DNA of 64,000 nucleotides from an uncultured archaeon (GTDB taxonomy: Archaea; Hadarchaeota; Hadarchaeia; Hadarchaeales; WYZ-LMO6), in assembly GCA_938074535.1 (NCBI GenBank), contig CALJER010000008.1, positions 32,001 through 96,000 on the forward strand, written 5' to 3'. Of the stretch, positions 1-8,657 are shown piece by piece. Position 1 is the first letter of the stretch. Every line of letters begins with the position of its first letter. Made by a program: the position numbers and the translations under genes. The notes under the pieces are model-generated. The model was given only the letters and a program-made list of their open reading frames with translations, ran no database searches and was not told the DNA's origin.

Positions 1-372
1 GTAAGGGCCCTGCCGGTGATAAACGAAAGCGGGGACCTGGTGGGGATCATCGACGACTCCGATATCATAAAGCTGGCCGAGGTGGAGACCACCTCCAAGA
101 TCAGCCAGATGACGGGAAAGAGCGAGGGGGACAGCTGGAGCTGGGACAGCGAGGCCAGGATCTACATAACCAAGACTGAGCTGAAGCTGCCCCCCACCCC
201 CGTGAAGGAGGTCATGGTGAAGGACCTGATCTGCATCACGAAAAAAACCTCGGTGAGCAGGTGCGCTCAGCTGATGAAGGAGAACCGCATAGAGCAGACG
301 CCCGTCCTCTCAGCCGACAACAAGTTCCTGGGGCTGGTGAGGGACATAGACTTGCTGGGTGCTCTCCTCTGA
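1..372 (+). CDS. CBS domain-containing protein (5' partial)
   Basis: Frame is open from base 1 (VRALPVINESGDLVGII); two CBS-like LPV..G.LVG motifs and PVKEVM. Confidence 0.8.
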   Translation, partial: VRALPVINESGDLVGIIDDSDIIKLAEVETTSKISQMTGKSEGDSWSWDSEARIYITKTELKLPPTPVKEVMVKDLICITKKTSVSRCAQLMKENRIEQTPVLSADNKFLGLVRDIDLLGALL

Positions 373-379
373 CCAGGGG

Positions 380-1939
380 GTGAAACCCTTGTCGTCGGGG
401 GAGGAGCTGATGGAGCTGGCCAAGCGCAGGGGCTTCCTCTGGCCCTCTTTCGAGCTCTACGGAGGGGCCAGCGGCTTCTACGACTTCGGCCCCCTGGGCA
501 GCACCCTGAAGAACAAGATTGTGGAGAAGTGGAGGGAGCACTTCGTGAGGAGGGAGGACTCGCTGGAGATCGACTCCCCCACCCTCACCCCTGAGGAGGT
601 CTTGAGAGCCAGCGGACACCTGGAGCACTTCGTGGACCTCATGAGCGAGTGCGGGAAGTGCGGGCAGTCCTTCAAAATCTCCGAGCTGGTGAAGGAGAGG
701 ACCGGGCTGGATGTGGAGGGGAAGCCGAGGGAGGAGGTGGAGGCCCTGCTGGAGGAGAAGGGGATCACCTGCCCGGACTGCGGCGGGAGGCTGGGGAAGG
801 TCCTCGAGTTCAACACCATGTTCAGAACCACCATAGGGCCTGGGGGGAGGAAGGTGGGATACCTCAGGCCCGAGACGGCGCAGGGGATCTTCGTGGACTT
901 CAGGCGCCTTTGGAGGCACGGAAGGGAGAGGCTCCCCCTCCCCGTGGCGCAGATAGGGAAGGGCTACAGAAACGAGATCTCCCCCAGGCAGGGGATGATA
1001 AGGCTCAGGGAGTTCACCATGGCGGAGCTGGAGGTCTTCTTCGATCCGGAGAACCCCACCCATCCTTCCTTCGGGAAGGTGGCGGGGGAGAGGCTCAGGC
1101 TCTGGAGGGCCGAGGACGAGATGAAGGGGGAGGAGAGGATGGTGGAGGTGAGCGCTCGGGAGGCGGTGGAGAAGGGGATGGTCTGCCACCAGCTGATGGC
1201 CTACTACCTGGCCCTCACCAAGCGCTTCCTGATGGACCTTGGGTTGCCCGAAGAGCGCCTCAGGTTCCGGGAGCAGACACCAGGACAGAGGGCCCACTAC
1301 TCCAGGGAAACCTGGGACGCCGAGGTCAGGACGGAAAGATTCGGCTGGGTGGAGGTGGCGGGAATAGCCTACCGGACGGACTACGACCTTTCCAGGCACG
1401 CCGAAGCCAGCGGGGAGAGCCTCTCCGTGGTCCTGCAGCCGGGAAAGAGAAAGGTGGTGTGCCACGTGGTGGAGCCCTCCTTCGGCATAGACAGGATCTT
1501 CTACTGCGTGCTGGAGACGGCGTACCTGCAGGGAAGGAAGGGGCTGAGGTTCAAGAAAGAGCTCTCCCCCCTGGAGGTGGGTGTCTTCCCCCTCCTCCGC
1601 AGGGACGGTCTGCCGGAGAAGGCCAGGGAGGTGGCGGAGCTGCTGAAGCAGAGGGGGTTCTGGACGGAGTACGACGAGGCGGGGTCCATCGGGAGAAGGT
1701 ACGCCAGGGCGGACGAGGTGGGCATCCCCTACTGCGTCACGGTCGACCACCGCACCCTCTCCGACGGCACCGTGACCATCAGGGAGCGGGAAACCGCCAG
1801 GCAGGTGAGGACGCCCCTGGAAAAGCTCCCCTCCGTTCTTTCCTCCCTCCTGAAGGACGAGCTGAGGTTCGAGGAAGCCGGGACCCCCCTAGAGGAGAAA
1901 GAGGAGGGGGAAGAGGAGGAAGAGGGAGAAGAGGGTTAA
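380..1939 (+). CDS. glyS: Glycine--tRNA ligase (archaeal/eukaryotic alpha2 type)
   Basis: LAKRRGF, YDFGPLG, LRPETAQG, RNEISPRQG..R.REF, EPSFGIDR, SIGRRYAR.DE; GTG at 380 chosen as start. Confidence 0.95.
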   Translation: MKPLSSGEELMELAKRRGFLWPSFELYGGASGFYDFGPLGSTLKNKIVEKWREHFVRREDSLEIDSPTLTPEEVLRASGHLEHFVDLMSECGKCGQSFKISELVKERTGLDVEGKPREEVEALLEEKGITCPDCGGRLGKVLEFNTMFRTTIGPGGRKVGYLRPETAQGIFVDFRRLWRHGRERLPLPVAQIGKGYRNEISPRQGMIRLREFTMAELEVFFDPENPTHPSFGKVAGERLRLWRAEDEMKGEERMVEVSAREAVEKGMVCHQLMAYYLALTKRFLMDLGLPEERLRFREQTPGQRAHYSRETWDAEVRTERFGWVEVAGIAYRTDYDLSRHAEASGESLSVVLQPGKRKVVCHVVEPSFGIDRIFYCVLETAYLQGRKGLRFKKELSPLEVGVFPLLRRDGLPEKAREVAELLKQRGFWTEYDEAGSIGRRYARADEVGIPYCVTVDHRTLSDGTVTIRERETARQVRTPLEKLPSVLSSLLKDELRFEEAGTPLEEKEEGEEEEEGEEG

Positions 1940-2815
1940 GAACATCACCGCCGCCCCGTAGAGACCCTCCTCGCTCCTGTAGGTGTGGGCCAGGATCAGG
2001 TTGAAGGCGGCGGGAGGCATGAGGGAGAGGAGGAGGGAGGGCCTGGGGGAGAGGTCGGAGGCAAAGTTCAGGTCCAGGAGCATCATCGCCAGGATGGTGA
2101 TGGCCGGGGAGAGCAGGAACCTCGCCGCCCCTATCACGACCAGCTCCTCTTTGTACTTCCCCGCTCCAACCACCTCCAAGCAGTAGCCCGCGAAGAGCAG
2201 CATCAGGAAGAAGAAGGGCCCGGCCAGGTAGGTGTCGAAGAAAGCACCCACCTCCTCGGGAAGGGGGGCACCCACCGCCACGAAGACCGAGGCGAAGAGG
2301 AGGGCCAGGAGGGGCGGAAAGCCCGTGAAATAATCGAGGAGGTGCCTCCTCCCCCCCGACAGGGAGGAGAGCAGGAAGACGCCCACCAGCAGGTTGGGGA
2401 CGGCCACGGCCACGGCGTAGAAGCTGGCCGGGAGCAGGTACTCGGTCCCTAGGAGGGCGTACACCAGGGGCAAACCAAGGTGGCCCACGTTCATGAAAGC
2501 CGAGTTCAGGACCACGCCCACCGTCCTCTCCCTCCTCAGCCCCGCCAGGAGGCAGAGCCCGGTGGAAAAGAGGAAGCATCCCCCCACCGCCAGGAGGGCC
2601 ATCCACATGGCCGACAAACCGCCCAGGAGCTCGGAGGAGGAGTACCGGGCCACGGACACCAGCACCGTGAGGGGCAGAACTACGCACATGATCGCCCACT
2701 CCAGCAGGCGGAAGAAGGGAGCGGTGAGGGGCTCCAGCCTCCCCACCCTCCTGAGCCCCACTCCCGCCAGCAGAGGCGCGAGCAGGTAAAGGGCCGTTCC
2801 CAGGTAGCCAGGCAT
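1889..2815 (-). CDS. AEC family (auxin efflux/malate permease-like) transporter
   Basis: About 10 hydrophobic helices, FMNVGHLGLPLV and MPPAAFN motifs; ATG at 2815 follows GAGGAGG. Confidence 0.8.
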   Translation of the reverse strand: MPGYLGTALYLLAPLLAGVGLRRVGRLEPLTAPFFRLLEWAIMCVVLPLTVLVSVARYSSSELLGGLSAMWMALLAVGGCFLFSTGLCLLAGLRRERTVGVVLNSAFMNVGHLGLPLVYALLGTEYLLPASFYAVAVAVPNLLVGVFLLSSLSGGRRHLLDYFTGFPPLLALLFASVFVAVGAPLPEEVGAFFDTYLAGPFFFLMLLFAGYCLEVVGAGKYKEELVVIGAARFLLSPAITILAMMLLDLNFASDLSPRPSLLLSLMPPAAFNLILAHTYRSEEGLYGAAVMFLTLFSLFLLFPLLFLL

Positions 2816-2879
2816 CCATCCCTCCTCTCCCTTCCTCCATAAAGCCAACCCTTATTTTCCCCGAGGGAGAGAAGGAAAG

Positions 2880-3392
2880 ATGGTCAGCCCAAAACCCTCG
2901 ATGGACGAGTACTTCCTGGAGCTGGCCAAGGCGGTGAGCCTGAGGTCCACCTGCCTGAGGAGGAAATTCGGGGCCATCATCGTGAGGGACGGGGTGGTGC
3001 TGAGCTCAGGCTACAACGGAGCGGCGCGGAAGGTAAGGGAGTGCAGGGAGGTGGGCATCTGCCTCAAGGAGCTGGTGAAGGCGCCCCACGGGGAGGGCTA
3101 CGATGTCTGCCCGGCCGTCCATGCCGAGGCCAACGCCCTCGTCAACGCCGCCAGATCAGGCGTGAGCATCCTGGGGGGAACCATGTACCTGCACGGCCAG
3201 GACATGCAGGGGAGGGTGGTGGAGGGGAAGCCCTGCACCTTCTGCCGGAGGCTCCTGATAAACTCCGGCATCGAGAAAATCGTGTTCAGGAGGGAGGACG
3301 GCACGATGGGCTGCTACGACATCAAGGAGTGGGTGAGGGACGAGTCGCTGGACCACCAGAGGAAGGTCCAGCAGTACACGGGTAAGGGGTAG
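2880..3392 (+). CDS. dCMP deaminase (ComEB family)
   Basis: RSTCLRR, GYNG, HAEANA and PCTFC zinc-deaminase motifs. Confidence 0.9.
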   Translation: MVSPKPSMDEYFLELAKAVSLRSTCLRRKFGAIIVRDGVVLSSGYNGAARKVRECREVGICLKELVKAPHGEGYDVCPAVHAEANALVNAARSGVSILGGTMYLHGQDMQGRVVEGKPCTFCRRLLINSGIEKIVFRREDGTMGCYDIKEWVRDESLDHQRKVQQYTGKG

Positions 3393-3393
3393 T

Positions 3394-4086
3394 TCAGAGG
3401 TACCTGCTGTCCTCCGGGTACTTGGAGTAGACGTAGTTCAGCAGGTCCCTGAGCCTCATCTCGTTGAACTTCTTCAGCTCCTCCATCTTCTTCCTGACCT
3501 CCTCCGGCAGGGTGCTGAGGAACTCCTCCGCCAGTTTTTCTCCCCTGGCGGTCAGGGAGCAGGACACCACCTCAGCGCCTTCCCTCTCCACCTCCACCAG
3601 CCCCGCCTTCTCCAGCTCCAGCACGGTGTCGGACACCTCCACGGAGTACGGGCCGTGGAGGTGGGGCAGGAAGCGGAAGGGGAGGGAGTCCACCCCCTGC
3701 TCCCTCTTGAGGAGGAAGAGGAGCTTCTGGAGCCTCACGCTCCCCTCCACTTCCCCCCCCAAGGTGCGGAGGAGAACCGAAACCCACTTCTCCCTTTCCC
3801 CCACCTTCCTCTCCCTCCCCTTCGACGGTCTGGAAACCGCCGACATCTCCTGCTTCAGGAGGATGGCCATCTCCACCCCCTGGGGGGTGAGCCTCAGGAT
3901 CCTCCGGAAGGGCCACACCTTGGACTCCTCCTCCTCGATCAGGCCCTCCTTCATGAGCTCCCTGATGCGCGTCTCCACCGTGAGGGAGCTCCCCTTCACC
4001 TCGGCCTGAAGTTCCCTGACGTGCTTTGGCCCCCGGAGGAGGCTGAGGAGAATCTCTGGGGCCTTGCTTCTCCTCAACCTGTACAT
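3394..4086 (-). CDS. Winged-HTH fused to YwgA/DUF4065 (Panacea)-like domain
   Basis: N-terminal wHTH (ETRIRELMKEGLI...LTPQG); C-terminal GSVRLQKLLFLL...HGPYS...LT.RG. Confidence 0.6.
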   Translation of the reverse strand: MYRLRRSKAPEILLSLLRGPKHVRELQAEVKGSSLTVETRIRELMKEGLIEEEESKVWPFRRILRLTPQGVEMAILLKQEMSAVSRPSKGRERKVGEREKWVSVLLRTLGGEVEGSVRLQKLLFLLKREQGVDSLPFRFLPHLHGPYSVEVSDTVLELEKAGLVEVEREGAEVVSCSLTARGEKLAEEFLSTLPEEVRKKMEELKKFNEMRLRDLLNYVYSKYPEDSRYL

Positions 4087-4095
4087 TCAGAGAAT

Positions 4096-4119
4096 GTTAC
4101 AGGAAATGTAACGTTTATA
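4096..4119 (-). promoter_or_regulatory. TATA box and palindromic operator upstream of the HTH-YwgA gene
   Basis: GTTACA-N5-TGTAAC at 4096-4112; minus-strand TATAAA at 4114-4119, about 30 bp from ATG 4086. Confidence 0.5.
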
Positions 4120-4210
4120 CCTTACCCTGCCGCTCCCAGCTCCTGAGCTGACCTTCTGTGTCCGCTCTGCCCTGTATGGCACACCAATACCATATTCTAC
4201 AACACCACAA

Positions 4211-4254
4211 TAACGTTTTTAAGAAGCGTTACGTGTTTTAAAAATGATAACACG
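4211..4254 (+). promoter_or_regulatory. AT-rich nrdG-nrdD promoter with two inverted repeats
   Basis: TAACG-N11-CGTTA (4211-4231) and CGTGTT-N11-AACACG (4232-4254), each enclosing a TTTTAA TATA-like tract. Confidence 0.45.
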
Positions 4255-4266
4255 GAGGGAGGTTGG

Positions 4267-5013
4267 TTGGGGGTTCTGCTCGAAGAAGTGGTGACCTTCC
4301 CTCCCCCCCTAGAGCCCGTGTGGGGGGGCTTCCAGAAGCTCTCTTTGCTGGACTACCCCGCAAAGGTGGCCTCGGTGCTCTTCGTGAGGGGGTGCAACTT
4401 TCGATGCCCCTTCTGCTACAACACCGAGCTGGTCGGGGGACCGCCCGAAAAGGAGCTCCCCTGGAAGGAGATCCTGGGATACCTGAAGAAGAGGAAGGAG
4501 TGGCTGGACGGAGTGGTCATCACGGGTGGCGAACCCACCCTCTACTCGGGGCTTCCGGGGTACCTGAGGGAGCTGAAGGGGATGGGGCTGAGCGTGAAGC
4601 TCGACACCAACGGCTCCAACCCGGACATGCTGGGGGAGCTCCTGAGGGAGGGCCTGGTGGACTACGTGGCCATGGACGTGAAGGCGCCGCTGAGGGAGGA
4701 GGCGTACGCCAGGGCGGCGGGGGTGAAGGTCCGCCTGGAGGACGTGAGGAGGAGCCTCTCCCTTCTCCTCTCCTCCGGGGTGGAGTACGAGCTCAGGACC
4801 ACCGTGGTGCCTACCCTGCTCGGGGAGAAGGACCTCTTGGAGATAGCGGAGGAGATAAGGGGGGCCAGGAGGTACTACCTGCAGCAGTTCAGGCGCACCT
4901 CCACCCACGTGGACGAGCGCTTCTCCCAGATCCACCCCTACCCCAGGGAGTTCCTGGAGGAGGTCGCGAGGCGGATCTCGGGCTGCTTCGGTAAGTGCGG
5001 GGTGAGGGGATGA
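4267..5013 (+). CDS. nrdG: Anaerobic ribonucleoside-triphosphate reductase activating protein (radical SAM)
   Basis: GCNFRCPFCYN, GVVITGGEPT, KLDTNGS; directly upstream of nrdD. Confidence 0.93.
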   Translation: MGVLLEEVVTFPPPLEPVWGGFQKLSLLDYPAKVASVLFVRGCNFRCPFCYNTELVGGPPEKELPWKEILGYLKKRKEWLDGVVITGGEPTLYSGLPGYLRELKGMGLSVKLDTNGSNPDMLGELLREGLVDYVAMDVKAPLREEAYARAAGVKVRLEDVRRSLSLLLSSGVEYELRTTVVPTLLGEKDLLEIAEEIRGARRYYLQQFRRTSTHVDERFSQIHPYPREFLEEVARRISGCFGKCGVRG

Positions 5014-7082
5014 TCAAGAAGCTCAGGAAGAGGGACGGGACGCTGCAGGAGTTCGAGCCGGACAGGATAGGGGAGGCCATAAGGAAGGCGGCGGAGGCGC
5101 AGGGGCTCTTGGACTTCGAGGGGGAGGCGAGGAGGCTGCAGGGGCTGGTGGTGCGCAGGCTGGAGGAGAAGGGGTACGGGGAGGAGAGGCCCCCGGACGT
5201 GGAGGGGATACAGGACGAGGTGGAGGAAGTGCTGAGGGAGGAGGGCTACGGGACGCTGGCGGAGAGGTACCACGAGTACAGGAGGAGGCACGACGAGCTC
5301 AGGAGGAGCAGGAGCACGGTGTTCGACGTGGGGAAGATGGTGGAGGAGTTCATAGGGTACAGGGACTGGAGGGTGAGGGAGAACGCCAACCTCAGGCCTT
5401 CTATTTCTTCCATGATGTTCAACTCGGCGGGGGCGGTGAACGCCAGGTACCTCCTGGACAAGGTCTACCCGCCGGAGGTCAGCGACGCCCACACGGACGG
5501 GGACCTGCACCTCCACGACCTCTACCAGGGCGTCTGCGGGTACTGCTGCGGGCACTCGATGGAGGACATACTGACGAAGGGGCTGGTGAGCGTGGGGAAC
5601 AACCCCCACTCCAACCCTCCGAAGCACCTGGACGTGGCCCTGATGCAGGCGGTGAACTACATAGGGGTGATGACGCAGGAGTGGGCGGGGGCGCAGGCCT
5701 TCTCCTGGGTGGACGCCTATTTGGCGCCCTTCATCAGGGAGGACGGGCTGAGCTACAGGCAGCTCAAGCAGCTCCTCCAGATGTTCGTGTACAACCTGAA
5801 CGTGACCTCCAGGTGGGGTGGGCAGAGCCCCTTCTCCAACGTGACGCTGGCCTGCGGGGTGCCGGAGCCCCTGAGGGACAGGCCGGCGGTGGTGGGGGGG
5901 AGAACCCTGGACAGGACGTACGAGGAGTACGAGGAGGAAATAGAGATGTTCGACAAAGCCTTCCTCGAGGTGCTGCTCGAGGGGGACGCAGCGGGCAGGC
6001 CCTTCACCTTCCCCATTCCCACCTTCGCCATCACCGGGGACTTCCCCTGGGAGGACGGGCTCAGCAGCCTCCTCTTTGGGGTGGCGGCGAAGTACGGGCT
6101 GCCCTACTTCCAGAACTTCGTGAGGAGCGACCTGAGCCCCTGGCAGGTCTATTCCATGTGCTGCAGGCTCTCCCTGGACCTGAGGGAGCTGCAGAGGAAC
6201 GTGACGGGGGGGCTCTTCGGGTCCAGCCCGAAGACGGGGAGCGTGGGCGTGGTCACCATCAACCTCTCCAGGGCGGGGTACCTGGCGAAGGGGAGCGAGG
6301 AGGAGCTCTTCAGGAGGCTGAGGTACATGTGCATCCTGGCCGGGAGGGCGCTGGAGCACAAGAGGAGGATCGTGGAGAGGAACATCCAGGCGGGCCTCCT
6401 CCCGTACACGAAGGAGTACTTCGGGGACCTGAGCAGGCACTTCTCCACCATAGGGGTGGTGGGGGGGCACGAGATGTGCCTGAACATGGGGATAGAGGGG
6501 GGAATAGCGAGCAGGGAGGGGGCGGAGCTGTGCAGGAGGGTGCTGGAGTTCCTCAGGGGGGAGTGCAGGAGGCTGCAGGAGGAGACCGGGCACCTCTACA
6601 ACCTGGAGGCCACGCCGGCGGAGGGGGTGAGCTACAGGCTGGCAAGGCTGGACAGGAGGAAGTTCGGGGCCTCCATACGCACGAGCGGGGAGAGGGAGCC
6701 CTTCTACACCAACTCCACCCAGCTGCCGGTGGACTCCGACCTGGACCTGGTGGACGCGCTCAGGCACCAGGAGCCCCTCCAGACCCTGTACACGGGGGGA
6801 ACGGTGTTCCACATCTACCTGGGAGAGAGCCTGGAGGAGGGGGAGAGCTGCAGGAGCCTCATGAGGAAGGTCACCTCCAGGACCAGGCTGCCCTACTTCA
6901 CCCTCACGCCCACCTACTCCATATGCGGCGGCCACGGGCTGCTGAGGGGGGAGCAGCCCTCCTGCCCGGTGTGCGGGAGGGAGACGGACGTGTACTCCAG
7001 GGTGGTGGGGTACTACCGACCGGTCAAGAACTGGAACGCAGGGAAGCAGGAGGAGTTCAGGCTGAGGAGGAAATACAGCTGA
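5010..7082 (+). CDS. nrdD: Class III (anaerobic) ribonucleotide reductase with N-terminal ATP cone
   Basis: KRDG ATP cone, HLHDL, SMCCRL, EATPAEG, CxxH/CPVC zinc site, YSRVVGYYRP glycyl-radical loop. Confidence 0.96.
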   Translation: MIKKLRKRDGTLQEFEPDRIGEAIRKAAEAQGLLDFEGEARRLQGLVVRRLEEKGYGEERPPDVEGIQDEVEEVLREEGYGTLAERYHEYRRRHDELRRSRSTVFDVGKMVEEFIGYRDWRVRENANLRPSISSMMFNSAGAVNARYLLDKVYPPEVSDAHTDGDLHLHDLYQGVCGYCCGHSMEDILTKGLVSVGNNPHSNPPKHLDVALMQAVNYIGVMTQEWAGAQAFSWVDAYLAPFIREDGLSYRQLKQLLQMFVYNLNVTSRWGGQSPFSNVTLACGVPEPLRDRPAVVGGRTLDRTYEEYEEEIEMFDKAFLEVLLEGDAAGRPFTFPIPTFAITGDFPWEDGLSSLLFGVAAKYGLPYFQNFVRSDLSPWQVYSMCCRLSLDLRELQRNVTGGLFGSSPKTGSVGVVTINLSRAGYLAKGSEEELFRRLRYMCILAGRALEHKRRIVERNIQAGLLPYTKEYFGDLSRHFSTIGVVGGHEMCLNMGIEGGIASREGAELCRRVLEFLRGECRRLQEETGHLYNLEATPAEGVSYRLARLDRRKFGASIRTSGEREPFYTNSTQLPVDSDLDLVDALRHQEPLQTLYTGGTVFHIYLGESLEEGESCRSLMRKVTSRTRLPYFTLTPTYSICGGHGLLRGEQPSCPVCGRETDVYSRVVGYYRPVKNWNAGKQEEFRLRRKYS

Positions 7083-7113
7083 TCACGATCCCCCCACTGA
7101 CCTCCAAGGGGGT

Positions 7114-7165
7114 AAAAAGGCGGGGGCAACATCCCCCTGCGAGGGGGTAAGGTTGCCCCCTGCCT
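7114..7165. terminator. GC-rich nested hairpin between convergent genes, followed by T5 on the minus strand
   Basis: AGGC-GGGGGCAAC...CCCCCT-GCG-AGGGGG...GTTGCCCCC-T-GCCT; A5 at 7114-7118. Confidence 0.45.
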
Positions 7166-7200
7166 CCCCTCGTGTCGGACGCGCACGCACCCTTACGGCT

Positions 7201-7950
7201 TCAGGGGGGTAGATACCCCAGTCTCCGGAGGAGTTCCCCCACCCCCAGCAGGGCCGGGGCATCCCCGCGCAGCTGGAAGATGGTTCGCCCCTCCCTGTCC
7301 AGCTCCTCCACCTCTTTGTCCTCCGGCACCCTCCCAAGGACTTCCATGCCTACAGGTACCTCCACCTCCTCCCCCCCCTTCATCCTGTTCAGAACCAGCC
7401 CCGCCCTCCTGTACTTCACCGCCCCCCTGTCCGCCACCCCCTTTATGGTGAAAGCCACTCCCAGCGACCTGGGAGAGGGGTCGGAGACCAGCAGTAGGTC
7501 ATCCACCTCCCTCATCACCCTCCGGTTGATCTGCTCCACCCCGGCCTCCCCGTCTATCACCACCACCTCGAAGCTCCTGGAGACCGAGGTGAGGATCTCC
7601 CTCAGCAGCTCGTTGACCCTGCAGTAGCATCCCTCCTCCTCGGGCCTCCCCATCGCCAGCAGCGAGAATCCCCTCCTCTCCTCCATCACCCCCAGCACCC
7701 CGTAGTCCAGGGAGAGGGCGAGCTCCTCCCGGCTCACCTTTCCCAGGGAGGAGATCCATTCCCTCCTCAGGTCCTCCACCGTCCTCCTCACCTCCACCCC
7801 CAGGGCCTGGGAGAGACCCGAGGAGGGATCCGCATCCACCGCGAGCACCCTCCTCCGGCCACCCTCCACCAGCAGCCGCAGGGAGGCTGAGGCCAGGAAG
7901 GTCTTCCCCACGCCCCCCTTCCCGCAGAAAACCATCACCCCTTCCCTCAC
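7201..7950 (-). CDS. cooC: CooC/AcsF-type nickel-insertion ATPase
   Basis: GKGGVGKT, VDADP, MGRPEEEGCYC.VN, IDGEAGVEQINR. Confidence 0.88.
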   Translation of the reverse strand: MREGVMVFCGKGGVGKTFLASASLRLLVEGGRRRVLAVDADPSSGLSQALGVEVRRTVEDLRREWISSLGKVSREELALSLDYGVLGVMEERRGFSLLAMGRPEEEGCYCRVNELLREILTSVSRSFEVVVIDGEAGVEQINRRVMREVDDLLLVSDPSPRSLGVAFTIKGVADRGAVKYRRAGLVLNRMKGGEEVEVPVGMEVLGRVPEDKEVEELDREGRTIFQLRGDAPALLGVGELLRRLGYLPP

Positions 7951-8657
7951 TTCTTCCCCTCCCTCAGCATCCTATCCCTTATCGCCCTGAGCTCCGCCAC
8001 GCTCCCGCACACCTCCCTGTAGTCGCATCTGTCGCAGTCCAGCGAAACCTCCTCCACCATCTTGCCCACGGCCCCCGCTATCTTCCTGGCCTTCTCCCCA
8101 AACCCCCAGAGGGCCCTCACGCCCTCCTCGCAGGTGGAGAAGACCACCTCCGCGGAAGACAAGGGGAAGCCGGAGCGCAGGGCCCTCAGGAGGGCCCCCC
8201 CCACCACGGAGAGGGAGAGGCCCCTCTCCACCGCCTCCCTGCTCACCCTGCTCCAGGCCTTCAGCTGGGAGGGCAGGCCCCTGACCATGTACCCCCTGAG
8301 CCCGATCCTGAGCGGAGCCAGGTTCAGCCTCCGGTACTCCTCATCCCTGACCTCCCTCGATTCCACCAGACAGAGCTGGGCGAAGGGGACCACGCCCCTC
8401 AGCCGCGGCAGGTCCTCCCCCCACAGGCTCACCCTCCCCTCCTCCACCAGCCCGGGAGTCTCGGTGAGGAGAACCGAGGAGAAGGAGGGGAGCTCCGGCG
8501 GACCGAGCTCCACCCACGTATCCTCCTTCAGAACCACGCCGGATTCCCCCAGGAAGCCGTCCGGGTCGAGGGGCGTGAGCCTCCTCACCCTCCCCCCGCT
8601 TTCTCCCCTTTTCAGAAGCTCCCGCAGGGACCTCAGGTCCTCATCGAAGAGCTTCAT
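7947..8657 (-). CDS. Truncated acetyl-CoA synthase beta (AcsB/CdhC middle-domain)-like protein with C-terminal CxxCx5C
   Basis: VLKEDTWVELG...EEGRVSLWGEDL and WSRVSREAVERGLSL resemble the ACS middle domain; ends CDRCDYREVC; only 236 aa. Confidence 0.6.
   Translation of the reverse strand: MKLFDEDLRSLRELLKRGESGGRVRRLTPLDPDGFLGESGVVLKEDTWVELGPPELPSFSSVLLTETPGLVEEGRVSLWGEDLPRLRGVVPFAQLCLVESREVRDEEYRRLNLAPLRIGLRGYMVRGLPSQLKAWSRVSREAVERGLSLSVVGGALLRALRSGFPLSSAEVVFSTCEEGVRALWGFGEKARKIAGAVGKMVEEVSLDCDRCDYREVCGSVAELRAIRDRMLREGKK

Noticed and set aside
5010-7082. Inteins in NrdD or the RNAP subunits
   Set aside because: Lengths are normal and no splice or LAGLIDADG motifs were seen
7201-8657. A functional Wood-Ljungdahl ACS/CODH locus
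   Set aside because: The ACS-like protein is only 236 aa without the A-cluster domain, and no other cdh/acs genes are in the window
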